Assembly: GCA_027313145.1 (NCBI GenBank)
Contig: DAHVEJ010000003.1
Coordinates: 1 to 59,090 of the forward strand
Source: Phycisphaerales bacterium
GTDB lineage: Bacteria > Planctomycetota > Phycisphaerae > WQYP01
Direction: 5' to 3'
DNA: 59,090 nucleotides
Shown: piece after piece, positions 8,999 through 18,736 of the stretch
Position numbering within the stretch: position 1 is the stretch's first letter
Layout of the letters: each line of letters starts with the position of its first letter
The notes under the pieces: model-generated
What the model was told of the DNA's origin: nothing
Databases searched by the model: none
What the model saw: only the letters and a program-made list of their open reading frames with translations
Made by a program: the position numbers and the translations under genes

Positions 8999-11989
8999 AT
9001 GGCGGGTTATAATCCCAGTAGTATTGAAAAGAAATGGCAGCGCGTTTGGCAGGAAAATCGCATATTCTCTGCCGATATGCGCCCGGCTACGCCTAAGTAT
9101 TATGTATTGGATATGTTTCCCTATCCGTCCGGGGAAGGATTGCATGTCGGACATCCCGAAGGATATACGGCTACCGACATTGTCGCGCGTTTCAAGCGAG
9201 CGGCCGGATTTAATGTCATGCACCCCATGGGCTGGGACGCATTTGGCCTGCCGGCCGAGCAGTACGCCATTAAAACCGACACGCATCCGGTTGTGATAAC
9301 CCGAAAAAATATAGATCGTTTTCGTGCCCAGCTTCAGGCCATCGGTTTCTCTTATGATTGGCAGCGCGAGGTCAATACCACAGACCCCGGCTATTACCGA
9401 TGGACACAATGGATATTCCTGCAATTATATGACACCTGGTATGACTCCAAGCTGCAAAAAGGGAGACCGATTGCCCAGCTCGCGGCGGAATTTGAATCCG
9501 GCCATCGGGCGCTACCGCCCTCCGCCGGAAATAAAAGCTGGTCACAGTTAGCGGCGCACCAGAAACGGCGGGTGCTCGACGAGTACCGCCTGGCCTATGA
9601 AATTGAAGCGCCTGTCAATTGGTGCCAAGCCCTGGGCACGGTCCTGGCCAATGAAGAGGTAATCGACGGCAAAAGCGAAGTAGGGGGCTTCCCGGTAGAG
9701 CGCCGCCCCATGCGGCAATGGATGCTGCGCATCACCGCGTACGCCCAGCGATTGCTGGACGGTTTGGACGCGTTGGACTGGTCCGAATCATTAAAAATGA
9801 TGCAGCGGAACTGGATTGGCCGTTCGGAAGGGGCGTTGGTGCGGTTTGCCGTCGCTCATTGCCCGCCGGAAGTCACCGTCTTTACGACGCGTCCTGATAC
9901 GCTCTTCGGGGCCACATATCTGGTTCTGGCACCGGAGCATCCCTTGGTGGACTTAAGCGCGGAACAAAACATCATACCCGCCGCGTGGCCGGCCGGAATT
10001 CCGGACCGCTGGCGCTCCATCGCCGGTTCACCACGGGAGGCGGTTGCGGCGTATCAGAAAACTGCCGCCGCGCGCTCCGAGCGGCAACGCCAGGAAGACA
10101 ACGCCAAAACCGGAACATTTACCGGGGCCTATGCCATCAACCCCGTGAATAATGAACGTATACCGATATTTATTTCTGATTATGTGTTAATGGGTTATGG
10201 CACCGGTGCCATCATGGCCGTTCCCGCGCATGATCAGCGCGACTTTGATTTTGCCCATGCCATGGAACTCCCAATTCGCCGCGTGGTTAGCGCGGCGGCG
10301 GATCAGCCCGAGGCCGGAAAACTGCCGCTGGAATCCCCGGGCTTTGCCGTGAATTCCGCACAGCTTAATGGCTTATCCACCGCCGAGGCCAAAACCAGAA
10401 TCTGTGAGCATCTGGAACATAAGTCATTGGGAACCCGGCAGATCAATTATAAAATCCGGGACTGGCTTTTTTCCCGGCAACGTTACTGGGGCGAACCATT
10501 TCCGCTTATACATCTGCCGGATGGTACGACTGTTCCATTGGCGGAATCCCAGTTGCCCCTGACGCTACCGGAAGTGAAGGACTTTAAGCCCACCGGCACC
10601 ATGGAGCCACCTTTATTTAAAGCTGCCGACTGGCATCAGGTGCATGTGCTATTGGATGGTCCACCTGAAAATCTGCAGGCGCGCGTGGTACCGCCCGGAA
10701 CGCCCGGCGCGATCCCCGCGCGGCGGGAGCTTAACACCATGCCGCAATGGGCCGGCTCATGCTGGTATTATCTGCGTTACATTGACCCGGAGAATACCAC
10801 GCGCTTCTGCGATCCGGAAAAAGAAAAATACTGGATGGCCGGCGGCGTGGATTTATATGTTGGCGGCGTGGAACACGCCGTTCTGCATCTGCTGTACGCG
10901 CGGTTTTGGCACAAGGTGCTCTTTGATCGCGGTCTGGTAAGCTCGGAAGAACCATTCCGTAAGCTGGTGAATCAAGGCCTGATTCTCGGCGAAGCTGAGT
11001 ATACGGTCTTCGTATTAGAAAGCGGCCAATACGTGTCGCTTGCGGATATTGATCCGGAGTTCTCCACGCAAGTAGGGGAAGATGGCAAATCACAGATTAT
11101 CAGCCGCCACAAATCAACCGGAGCCTTGGTCGTGGGAAAACCCTGTGACCCCGCCACGGTGGAAAAACGCGGCGACGGCTTTGTCCTGAAAACGGATAAC
11201 AGCATTCAGGTGGATGCCCGATCCTTCAAAATGAGTAAATCGCGCGGCAATGTGGTAAATCCCGATGATGTCATCGCGGAATATGGGGCCGACTCTCTGC
11301 GGCTCTTTGAAATGTTCATGGGGCCGCTGGAACAGGTAAAGCCCTGGAGCACCGCCGGCGTTGAAGGTGTGTACCGCTTTTTGCAGCGCGTCTGGAGAAA
11401 TCTTCTCGGCGGCGATGACAACGTATTTCGCGTGGTGCGGCAACATGCCGATGGAAAGTGGACCTGCCACGGGCGTGAATTGTCCGCGCCGGACGTGGAG
11501 GTTGCCCTGCGGGATGTGGCGGCAATTCTGCGACCGATGCACCGGCTGATTCGCAAAGTCACAGCCGATATCGACCGTCTGGCGTTTAATACCGCCATCA
11601 GCGCGATGATGGAATTTAACAATGCTTTGACCAAGCTGACATTTGTACCCCTGGACGCGGCATTGAATCTCCTGCGGGTACTTGAGCCGTTCGCGCCGCA
11701 TATCGCCGATGAACTGTATCACGAATTAGCCGGCCCCGACGCGGCGGTATCCATCGCCTTGTTGCCCTGGCCCACATTTGATGAACGCCTGTGTGTGGAT
11801 GAAGAACTGGATGTGCCGGTACAGATTAACGGCAAGCTGGTGGGGCGTATTCGTATTGCCGCAACCAGCGATGAGCCGGAAGTATTCAGCGCGGCATTGG
11901 CTGATCCGCAGGTCGTCAATCGTTTGGCGCAGCGCCCAATAAAGAAGAAAATCTATATTAAAGGCCGCATGATTAATCTTGTGGTCTAA
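8999..11989 (+). CDS. leuS: Leucine--tRNA ligase
   Basis: MFPYPSGEGLHVGH, MQRNWIGRSEG, FTTRPDT, YGTGAIMAVPAHD, DWLFSRQRYWGEPFP, KMSKS; likely start ATG 8999. Confidence 0.98.
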   Translation: MAGYNPSSIEKKWQRVWQENRIFSADMRPATPKYYVLDMFPYPSGEGLHVGHPEGYTATDIVARFKRAAGFNVMHPMGWDAFGLPAEQYAIKTDTHPVVITRKNIDRFRAQLQAIGFSYDWQREVNTTDPGYYRWTQWIFLQLYDTWYDSKLQKGRPIAQLAAEFESGHRALPPSAGNKSWSQLAAHQKRRVLDEYRLAYEIEAPVNWCQALGTVLANEEVIDGKSEVGGFPVERRPMRQWMLRITAYAQRLLDGLDALDWSESLKMMQRNWIGRSEGALVRFAVAHCPPEVTVFTTRPDTLFGATYLVLAPEHPLVDLSAEQNIIPAAWPAGIPDRWRSIAGSPREAVAAYQKTAAARSERQRQEDNAKTGTFTGAYAINPVNNERIPIFISDYVLMGYGTGAIMAVPAHDQRDFDFAHAMELPIRRVVSAAADQPEAGKLPLESPGFAVNSAQLNGLSTAEAKTRICEHLEHKSLGTRQINYKIRDWLFSRQRYWGEPFPLIHLPDGTTVPLAESQLPLTLPEVKDFKPTGTMEPPLFKAADWHQVHVLLDGPPENLQARVVPPGTPGAIPARRELNTMPQWAGSCWYYLRYIDPENTTRFCDPEKEKYWMAGGVDLYVGGVEHAVLHLLYARFWHKVLFDRGLVSSEEPFRKLVNQGLILGEAEYTVFVLESGQYVSLADIDPEFSTQVGEDGKSQIISRHKSTGALVVGKPCDPATVEKRGDGFVLKTDNSIQVDARSFKMSKSRGNVVNPDDVIAEYGADSLRLFEMFMGPLEQVKPWSTAGVEGVYRFLQRVWRNLLGGDDNVFRVVRQHADGKWTCHGRELSAPDVEVALRDVAAILRPMHRLIRKVTADIDRLAFNTAISAMMEFNNALTKLTFVPLDAALNLLRVLEPFAPHIADELYHELAGPDAAVSIALLPWPTFDERLCVDEELDVPVQINGKLVGRIRIAATSDEPEVFSAALADPQVVNRLAQRPIKKKIYIKGRMINLVV

Positions 11990-12009
11990 GAAATCGTCAG
12001 GATGCGTAT

Positions 12010-13053
12010 ATGCAGCAATGGTACAACCGCGTAATTACCGGTGAGGCGGTGGGTGTCCTTGCCGCGTTGCTGCGCTGGGTGCTGTCGGCTGTTTCATTGA
12101 TCTTCGGCGACATTGTGCACTGGCGCAATGTCGCCTATGACCGCGGATGGAAATCCGTTACGCGTTTGCCTGTGCCGGTCATTTCCGTAGGTAATATCAC
12201 CACCGGCGGCACGGGAAAAACTCCCACCGTCATCATGATTGCCAAGTGCCTCACCGACGCCGGATTAAAGCCGGCGATATTGACCCGGGGCTACGGTGCC
12301 CCCAGGGGCCAACGCTCGGATGAAGTCATGGTCATGGAATTGGAATGTCCCGGCGTGCCGGTGATAGTGAATCCAGACCGAATTGCCGGCGGCCGGGAAG
12401 CCCTCGCCCGGCATCAGGCTAATGTACTGATATTGGATGATGGATTCCAGCATCGACGCCTGGGGCGTGATCTGGACATTGTCCTCATTGATGCCACAAA
12501 TCCGCTGGGGGTGCCGGGAATGTTTCCGCGCGGCACGTGGCGGGAAGGCCCGGCCTCCCTTTCGCGGGCCCACCAAATTATTCTCACGCGCTGCGAGCAG
12601 GTTTCCGGCGAACTCACGGATTTGGCCGCCGGATTATTAACGCAGTGGGTGAACCCGCGGCGTATTTTTAAGCAGGTCACGGAAGTTCTGGGCGTATTTG
12701 ATCAACATGGAAATCCCGTTGACGTGCGGAATCAGACGGTTCTGGCGTTCGCCGGTATTGCCAATCCCGATGGTTTTGTCCGGACACTCTCCGATCTGGG
12801 GCTTCAGGTTTCCGCAGGGTGCTGGTTTGATGATCACCACCGCTATGTGACAGAGCGGGATTTTCCGGAAATGTTAAAGCTCACCGCCGACCGCCGGCCC
12901 GCCGCGTGGATTACAACCTCCAAAGACTGGGTCAAACTACGAGATTTTACGCCCCCGGTACCCCTCTGGCATGTGTGTATTGCCGCCCGAATCACCGGGG
13001 TGGCTGGAGAATTGTGGCGGCAGTCGCTGGCCGATTTAGCTGACAAAAAGTAA
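12010..13053 (+). CDS. lpxK: Tetraacyldisaccharide 4'-kinase
   Basis: PVISVGNITTGGTGKTP, LTRGYG, ILDDGFQH, AGIANP, TTSKDWVK. Confidence 0.96.
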   Translation: MQQWYNRVITGEAVGVLAALLRWVLSAVSLIFGDIVHWRNVAYDRGWKSVTRLPVPVISVGNITTGGTGKTPTVIMIAKCLTDAGLKPAILTRGYGAPRGQRSDEVMVMELECPGVPVIVNPDRIAGGREALARHQANVLILDDGFQHRRLGRDLDIVLIDATNPLGVPGMFPRGTWREGPASLSRAHQIILTRCEQVSGELTDLAAGLLTQWVNPRRIFKQVTEVLGVFDQHGNPVDVRNQTVLAFAGIANPDGFVRTLSDLGLQVSAGCWFDDHHRYVTERDFPEMLKLTADRRPAAWITTSKDWVKLRDFTPPVPLWHVCIAARITGVAGELWRQSLADLADKK

Positions 13054-13059
13054 AGTGAT

Positions 13060-14553
13060 ATGATGATTCATCCTTCCAGTGAATTACTTGCCTGCGTTGA
13101 GGCCTTCGGTAAACCGCGAATTTTGGTGGTCGGGGACCTTATTCTCGATCAATATGTCTACGGCGATGCCGAGCGTTTAAGTCCTGAAGCGCCGGTGCCC
13201 GTGGTGCGGGAACGGTACCGGCAAATGCGCGTGGGTGGCGCGGCCAATGTGGCCGTGTTTCTCGCGGCGCTAGGTGCCGTGCCGGTGCTGGCCGGCGTCA
13301 TCGGAAATGACTCATCCGGTGCCGCCTTGAAGGATCTTCTGGCACAGGCGCAAGTCAATGCCGATGCGGTGATTGCCGCAACGGATCGCCCGACATCCAC
13401 CAAAACTCGCTTTATTGGCCTGGCACAACATCGGCATCAGCAGCAGATGCTGCGCCTGGATCATGAAACGCTCGAGCCGGTTGACGCATCCGTGGAACAG
13501 CGGCTGCTGGCGGCCTTGGAAGCGGAAATTCCCGCGTGCCACCTGGTGTGTATTGAAGACTACAACAAAGGCCTGCTGTCCGATGCGCTATGCCAAAAAA
13601 TCATTTCCATGGCCCGCGCCGCCGGCCGCGAAGTGCTGGTGGATCCGGCCGCTATTAAAGATTATCGCCGCTATCAGGGCGCTTCCGCCATTACACCCAA
13701 TCGCACGGAAGCCGAACTGGCCGCCGGATGGCGCTTGGAAAATGTTCAGGAAGAAACCCCCCGGCTGGCGGCCCAGCTTCTAGAGCAATTACATCTGGAC
13801 GTATGTGTTTTAACTCTGGATCGGCACGGCATGTACCGGCTACAGCGCGGTCAACCCGGCTTGCTGCACCCCACGCGCCCGCGCAATGTCTACGATGTCA
13901 CCGGTGCTGGAGATATGGTGCTGGCCATGCTGGCCATGGCCCGAGCCAACGGGGCCTCATGGAGCGTCGCAATCGATTTGGGAAATATTGCCGGCGGGCT
14001 GGAGGTCGAGAAATTCGGCTGCGTGCCGTTAGCGCGCACGGAAATTGTGGATGAACTGCTGCAAATGGATTCCGCCGGCCGGCGAAAAATACTATCACTG
14101 CCCCGGCTGCTGGAGCGCCTGCATTCCCGCCACAGCTCGCAGCGGATCGTGTTTACCAATGGCGTATTTGATATTATCCACGCCGGGCATGTCCAATATT
14201 TGAACTTCGCCCGGGGCCAGGGCGATTTACTGGTGGTGGCGGTTAATTCGGATGAATCCGTCCGGCGGCTTAAAGGCCCCACCCGCCCTATTAACTCTTT
14301 GGATGATCGCATGGCGGTCCTGGCGGGTCTGGAGGCGGTCAGCTATGTGACGGCGTTCCATGAGGATACACCGCTGGAATTGATATCCGCGATAACTCCT
14401 GCGATATTGGTGAAAGGTGCCGATTATCAGGATAAGCCCGTGGTGGGGCGGGAATGTGTTGAAGCGGCGGGGGGCAAAGTGGTGCTGGCTCCGTTTTTAC
14501 AGGGGCGCTCCACGACGCGCGTGGTGGAAAAATCCCGATCCGGCGTTGATTAG
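13060..14553 (+). CDS. hldE: Bifunctional heptose-7-phosphate kinase / heptose-1-phosphate adenylyltransferase
   Basis: RLSPEAPVPV, GGAANVA, DVTGAGD (kinase); FTNGVFDIIHAGH, NSDESVRRLKG, LVKGADY, STT (adenylyltransferase). Confidence 0.96.
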   Translation: MMIHPSSELLACVEAFGKPRILVVGDLILDQYVYGDAERLSPEAPVPVVRERYRQMRVGGAANVAVFLAALGAVPVLAGVIGNDSSGAALKDLLAQAQVNADAVIAATDRPTSTKTRFIGLAQHRHQQQMLRLDHETLEPVDASVEQRLLAALEAEIPACHLVCIEDYNKGLLSDALCQKIISMARAAGREVLVDPAAIKDYRRYQGASAITPNRTEAELAAGWRLENVQEETPRLAAQLLEQLHLDVCVLTLDRHGMYRLQRGQPGLLHPTRPRNVYDVTGAGDMVLAMLAMARANGASWSVAIDLGNIAGGLEVEKFGCVPLARTEIVDELLQMDSAGRRKILSLPRLLERLHSRHSSQRIVFTNGVFDIIHAGHVQYLNFARGQGDLLVVAVNSDESVRRLKGPTRPINSLDDRMAVLAGLEAVSYVTAFHEDTPLELISAITPAILVKGADYQDKPVVGRECVEAAGGKVVLAPFLQGRSTTRVVEKSRSGVD

Positions 14554-14630
14554 CCTGTGGTAAAGCAGTCAGAGTTGTGGCATAAATAAGCCCTGATGCC
14601 CGGGGCAGGATGTTCCAGGGAAGGTGATAT

Positions 14631-15674
14631 ATGTCTGAACGTGCCGTTTTTTTGGATCGGGACAATACCATCATCGCCAACGACGGATACCTCGGTGATC
14701 CCACCGGTGTTAAATTACTTCCGGGTGCCGCCGCGGCCATTGCGTCGCTGCGACGGTTGGGATTTCGCATTATTGTGGTAAGCAATCAAAGTGGCGTGGC
14801 GCGGGGAATGTTTGATGAAGCGGCTGTCGAATCCGTCAATCAGGAAATGATTCGTCAACTTAAAGAACAGGCCGGTGCCCATGTGGACGCCAGTTATTAC
14901 TGCCCCTACCATCCCGATGCCACAGTCCCTGAATATAAATTGGATCATGAATGGCGCAAGCCCAAGCCCGGAATGCTCAAAGCCGCGCGGGAGGATTTTA
15001 ATCTGGATCTTGCCCAGTGCTGGATGATCGGAGATCAGCCCCGTGATGTCGCGGCTGGAGCCTCGGCGGGGTGCCGGACGATTCTCCTTTCTGATCCGGA
15101 AAAGCAAATGGAAGGCAATGACAATGTGCCGGCAATTACGCCGAACTTTATTGTCCGCTCATTGGCGGATGCGGCGCGTATTATTGTCCGCGAAGGCAAT
15201 AGTGCCAATCGTGATCCCGCCCCGGTGCCCTTGCTGCCGGCGGATGTTGCAGCCGTTGCGGAAGATGCTGCCGCCCGCCCCGATCCATCCGTTGGCCGAA
15301 ACCTGCCCGCGGATACCGAAGCACTGGCCGCCGCGGTTGCGGCTAAATTAACGTACCACCCCCCTGAAACCATCAAACCCGTGCTGGAGGATATTCTTCA
15401 GCAATTGCGCAGCGCTCATAGAAAAAGCGATATTGCCGAATTCTCCCTCTCCTTATTGCTGGCCACGATCATTCAAGCTCTCGCCGTGCTGTGCCTGGTG
15501 CTGGGAGCCTGGGATGCGCTTGCGGCAATTCACAGTGTCGCCACCGCCCGAAATCCTTACTGGTGGAATTATCGCATCATGCATCAGCTTACGGCGTTGG
15601 AATGGATGGCCGCCGGCTTAATCCTCCAGGTGATGGTCGTGGCGCTGTTGTTGCGCTACCGCAACAAGCAATAG
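14631..15674 (+). CDS. gmhB: Heptose-1,7-bisphosphate phosphatase (HAD IIIA) with C-terminal linker and two TM helices
   Basis: FLDRDNTI, VSNQSGVARG, YCPYHP, RKPKPGM, MIGDQ; directly follows hldE. Confidence 0.85.
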   Translation: MSERAVFLDRDNTIIANDGYLGDPTGVKLLPGAAAAIASLRRLGFRIIVVSNQSGVARGMFDEAAVESVNQEMIRQLKEQAGAHVDASYYCPYHPDATVPEYKLDHEWRKPKPGMLKAAREDFNLDLAQCWMIGDQPRDVAAGASAGCRTILLSDPEKQMEGNDNVPAITPNFIVRSLADAARIIVREGNSANRDPAPVPLLPADVAAVAEDAAARPDPSVGRNLPADTEALAAAVAAKLTYHPPETIKPVLEDILQQLRSAHRKSDIAEFSLSLLLATIIQALAVLCLVLGAWDALAAIHSVATARNPYWWNYRIMHQLTALEWMAAGLILQVMVVALLLRYRNKQ

Positions 15675-15697
15675 CTCATTCCTTGGAGATTATCCTT

Positions 15698-16441
15698 ATG
15701 CTCAGAGGGCCAGTTATTGGTATATCCCCCGACAATCAAGCTGCCGACCAACCCCATCCGGTTTATGAACTCCCAAGCGCCTACGCCGTGGCGATTGAAA
15801 AAGCCGGCGGCATTCCCATCTTGCTGCCCCATACTGCGGACCCGGCGACCCAGGCTGCTTACATGCACCTTATTGATGGCCTGCTGATTCCGGGAGGCAA
15901 CGACCTGGATCCGTCGCTTTACGGCCAGGCTCCGCATCCGACCCTGCGCCGCCTGGATTCGCTGCGTGAAAAATTTGATCTGGCCATGCTGGCCTTGGCG
16001 CAGGCACGCAATATGCCGGTGCTTGGAATATGTTTGGGCTGTCAGGCTATGAATGTGCGGCGGGGCGGATCGTTGCATCAGTACCTTCCCGAGGTGCCGC
16101 GCGATCAAAGCATCCGTCACACCGGAAACCCGGCTGACTCAACTGACAAAAATGCCTGGCACAGCGTTTCGCTGTCGCAAGGGTCAAAATTGCGCGCTAT
16201 ACTCAAGTGTGATCAGTTGACCGTCAACAGCCGCCATCGTCAGGCTGTTGATCGACTGGGCACGGGATTGACCGCGTGTGCGGCCAGTCCTGATGGCGTG
16301 ATGGAAGCCATCGAAGACAACACTATGAAGTTTTGGATCGGCGTGCAGTGGCATGCCGAAACGCTCACTGATCCGCCGCACGCGGGGTTATTTAACGCAT
16401 TTGTCGCTGCGGCCGCGACAAACATTGATCCCTCACGCTGA
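15698..16441 (+). CDS. Gamma-glutamyl-gamma-aminobutyrate hydrolase family protein (peptidase C26)
   Basis: PVIGI, LIPGGNDLDP, LGICLGCQ nucleophile elbow, VNSRH, GVQWHAE; ATG 15698 after GGAG. Confidence 0.9.
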   Translation: MLRGPVIGISPDNQAADQPHPVYELPSAYAVAIEKAGGIPILLPHTADPATQAAYMHLIDGLLIPGGNDLDPSLYGQAPHPTLRRLDSLREKFDLAMLALAQARNMPVLGICLGCQAMNVRRGGSLHQYLPEVPRDQSIRHTGNPADSTDKNAWHSVSLSQGSKLRAILKCDQLTVNSRHRQAVDRLGTGLTACAASPDGVMEAIEDNTMKFWIGVQWHAETLTDPPHAGLFNAFVAAAATNIDPSR

Positions 16442-16456
16442 CAGGAGACGCCATAC

Positions 16457-17053
16457 ATGGCCTTTGATTTTAAGCCTTTTTTCAATCAGGCATTACCCTA
16501 TAACCCGTTGCTCCGGCAGTGTGCCACCGCCGAGCAGCGGCAGCGCTGGCAGAACGTCTATGACAGTGTAACACTGACGCCGGAACAAAAATCTCTGCTG
16601 CAGAGCTTTCGCAGAAAAATGGATGTCTTGTGTCTTGTCGGGGTCTGGTGCGGTGATTGCGTAAACGCCTGCCCTATTTTCCAACGATTTGCCGAACTTA
16701 CCGATAAAATTGATCTGCGCTTTGTAAATCGTGAACAGAAATTTGATCCGACCGCCTCCGACGCGGGAACGCATCTGGCCGGCCAATTGTCTATTTGCGG
16801 CGGACCACGGGTACCTGTTCTGGTATTTCTTTCACAGGACGGCTTTGAATGCGAACGTTTTGGTGAACGCACATTGGCAACCTATCGCTCCAAGGTGGCT
16901 GCCATGCAGGGGGCTTCGTGTTCCACTGGCCTGTTTGGTCCGCCCGCGGATTTGCTGCAAGCCAACATTGCGGAATGGTTAACGCATTTTGAACGGGTGC
17001 AACTCATGCTGCAGACCAGCCCGCGCTTAATTCGGCTTAATGGCGAAGCCTGA
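16457..17053 (+). CDS. Thioredoxin-fold protein
   Basis: WCGDC motif, RVP cis-Pro loop, extra Cys in GASCSTG; AGGAG RBS. Confidence 0.85.
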   Translation: MAFDFKPFFNQALPYNPLLRQCATAEQRQRWQNVYDSVTLTPEQKSLLQSFRRKMDVLCLVGVWCGDCVNACPIFQRFAELTDKIDLRFVNREQKFDPTASDAGTHLAGQLSICGGPRVPVLVFLSQDGFECERFGERTLATYRSKVAAMQGASCSTGLFGPPADLLQANIAEWLTHFERVQLMLQTSPRLIRLNGEA

Positions 17054-17282
17054 CGCATTGCGTTTTTCCGCCAACGGCCAGTGCGGTGCCGTTGCGCTCC
17101 AATAAAAATAGGGCGTGGCAATCAATCCACGTAGGCATCTGAGGTGCGAGTTTCCGGGCCGAACTCTTCTCTTCGCGTCGGCATATATGCCGTCAATTTC
17201 GCCGTCAGCAGCCTCGCACTGTACATAAACTCTCCGCTGGTGCACAATATAAGCAGGCCATGGATGGTGCTCAATTGGATGA

Positions 17283-17792
17283 TTGCCAATGCGTCGCGTT
17301 AAGCATACGAACAGATTTCTAATTATGCCGCTGGTTTTAAGCGTGGGCGTCATCAGTTGGGCGGTTTTACTGGCGTCCCTGCTGGCGGTAGCTCTGATTG
17401 TTCTTTCCCCGGCGATCCATGATATGCATCAGGCGCAGGTGACGCGCAATAATCTCCGCGCTACCCTGGCGTTGATCAATGAAAAAATCGCCCTGCAAAA
17501 CCGTTTTATCAAACTGGCGGATACCGATCAGCGGCTTATGCAGCGCCTGGCGGACCGACAGCTAAACATCGTGAACCCCAATGAACAAGTGCTTCCCCTG
17601 GCCAACGACACCCGCCCGCGCGACGTTCAAAGTCTGATTGACGAAGCCCTTAAACCCATCGAACCCAAACCCGTACCCCCCATTCCCTGGATCATCAACA
17701 TCGCCCGCTTCAACGTAATCCGCGGCCCCCTGATCATCTTAGCCCTATTTGGCTTCGTCGTAGCCTTCCTCCTGGACATCCGCCGCGCCTAA
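17283..17792 (+). CDS. Hypothetical membrane protein with FtsB/DivIC-like coiled coil
   Basis: N-terminal TM, coiled coil, DQRLMQRLADRQLNIVNPNEQV, C-terminal TM. Confidence 0.6.
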   Translation: MPMRRVKHTNRFLIMPLVLSVGVISWAVLLASLLAVALIVLSPAIHDMHQAQVTRNNLRATLALINEKIALQNRFIKLADTDQRLMQRLADRQLNIVNPNEQVLPLANDTRPRDVQSLIDEALKPIEPKPVPPIPWIINIARFNVIRGPLIILALFGFVVAFLLDIRRA

Positions 17793-17793
17793 A

Positions 17794-17977
17794 CAATGAA
17801 CGAAATCAAAAATGATCAATGACCGATGAACAATGTTGAGGCATGGATGCCGAAATCTCCCGACAAGTCGGGACAGGCCTTATGTCGATTGGATCAGCGT
17901 ATCGGGTACCAACGCAAAAATCACCGGCATTTCTGACAAGTGACATCCAAATTTGATCCGTGATCATTGGTCTTTGA
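17794..17977. repeat. Short-period inverted repeat element, copy 1, enclosing the palindrome TCCCGAC-AA-GTCGGGA
   Basis: AATGATCAATGA (17811) and TGATCCGTGATC (17954) recur exactly at 18426 and 18464. Confidence 0.5.
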
Positions 17978-18089
17978 CCAGTGAATTACGATTTCCGCAT
18001 CCCACTAAGCCGCGGGCGTCGTGCCCGCGCGCCCGCTCCCGCAACCCCCCGCACCGCGCCCCATTAATCCCCGTGCACCGGGAGTCTCA

Positions 18090-18354
18090 TTGATCATTGC
18101 CCATCGCTCGCAGCGCCGCCCGCCGGATCCCATCAACTTTCTCATCGCCGAGGCGGTGCCCGACGAAACATTAACCACGCTGATGGTCAATCCCAAAAGA
18201 CCCGGAAGATTTGAGCCGCGCGTGCGTACACGCCGCCGTAACGGCTACCGTGTCATGACACGTCCAAGGTCCGAACTCAAGGCGATGATCGCACGCGGAG
18301 AGGAGATCAAATGTCGTTAATTCCATTGCTTTTTCTGCTTAAGTTAATGGCACT
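18090..18354 (+). mobile_element. IS4-family remnant: transposase C-terminal tail and right end (left boundary approximate)
   Basis: RPGRFEPRVRTRRRNGYRVMTRPR resembles the IS4 RPxRxEPRxxKRR tail; CTTAAGTTAATGGCACT (18338-18354) resembles IS4 termini. Confidence 0.6.
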
Positions 18355-18409
18355 CGCGGCTGTCTACAGTATTTTCCCGCCACAAGGGCGCGAAGACACG
18401 ACGCGGCGC

Positions 18410-18490
18410 TCAATAACCAATGAATAATGATCAATGAATAAATCATCGGAACTTCCAAATTTCTGATCCGTGATCTTTGATCTTTGGAGA
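18410..18490. repeat. Short-period inverted repeat element, copy 2
   Basis: AATGA-type units followed by TGATC-type units, sharing exact 12-mers with 17794-17977. Confidence 0.5.
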
Positions 18491-18736
18491 TTGTAAACAT
18501 CCACCCCGGCTCGCCCGGGATAAACTCCTTTGAGGAACCCGGCGAGTCGAGACGTTCTCAAGGGGCTCTGCGGGATTCGCGGCCCTGTGCCAAAAATATG
18601 GGCACACCCCATTCTCCCAACTGACTGCGGAAATCCTTGCAACAGATCTTCCACGCCCCTACACTTTCGGTTTAACATCGTCGCAAAAATCGGCGGATGC
18701 GGAAGTATTGCGGCGGCAATATCCGGAAGATAAGAA

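Noticed and set aside
8813-9424. 203-aa antisense ORF over leuS, and many similar antisense ORFs across the window
   Set aside because: Typical high-GC shadows of well-supported genes, with no motifs of their own
15491-15697. Longer starts in the ORF track for C26, leuS, rpsP, rplS, FmdB, GH106 and the recombinase
   Set aside because: The extensions overlap neighbours or lack similarity; downstream starts fit family N-termini and mostly have an RBS
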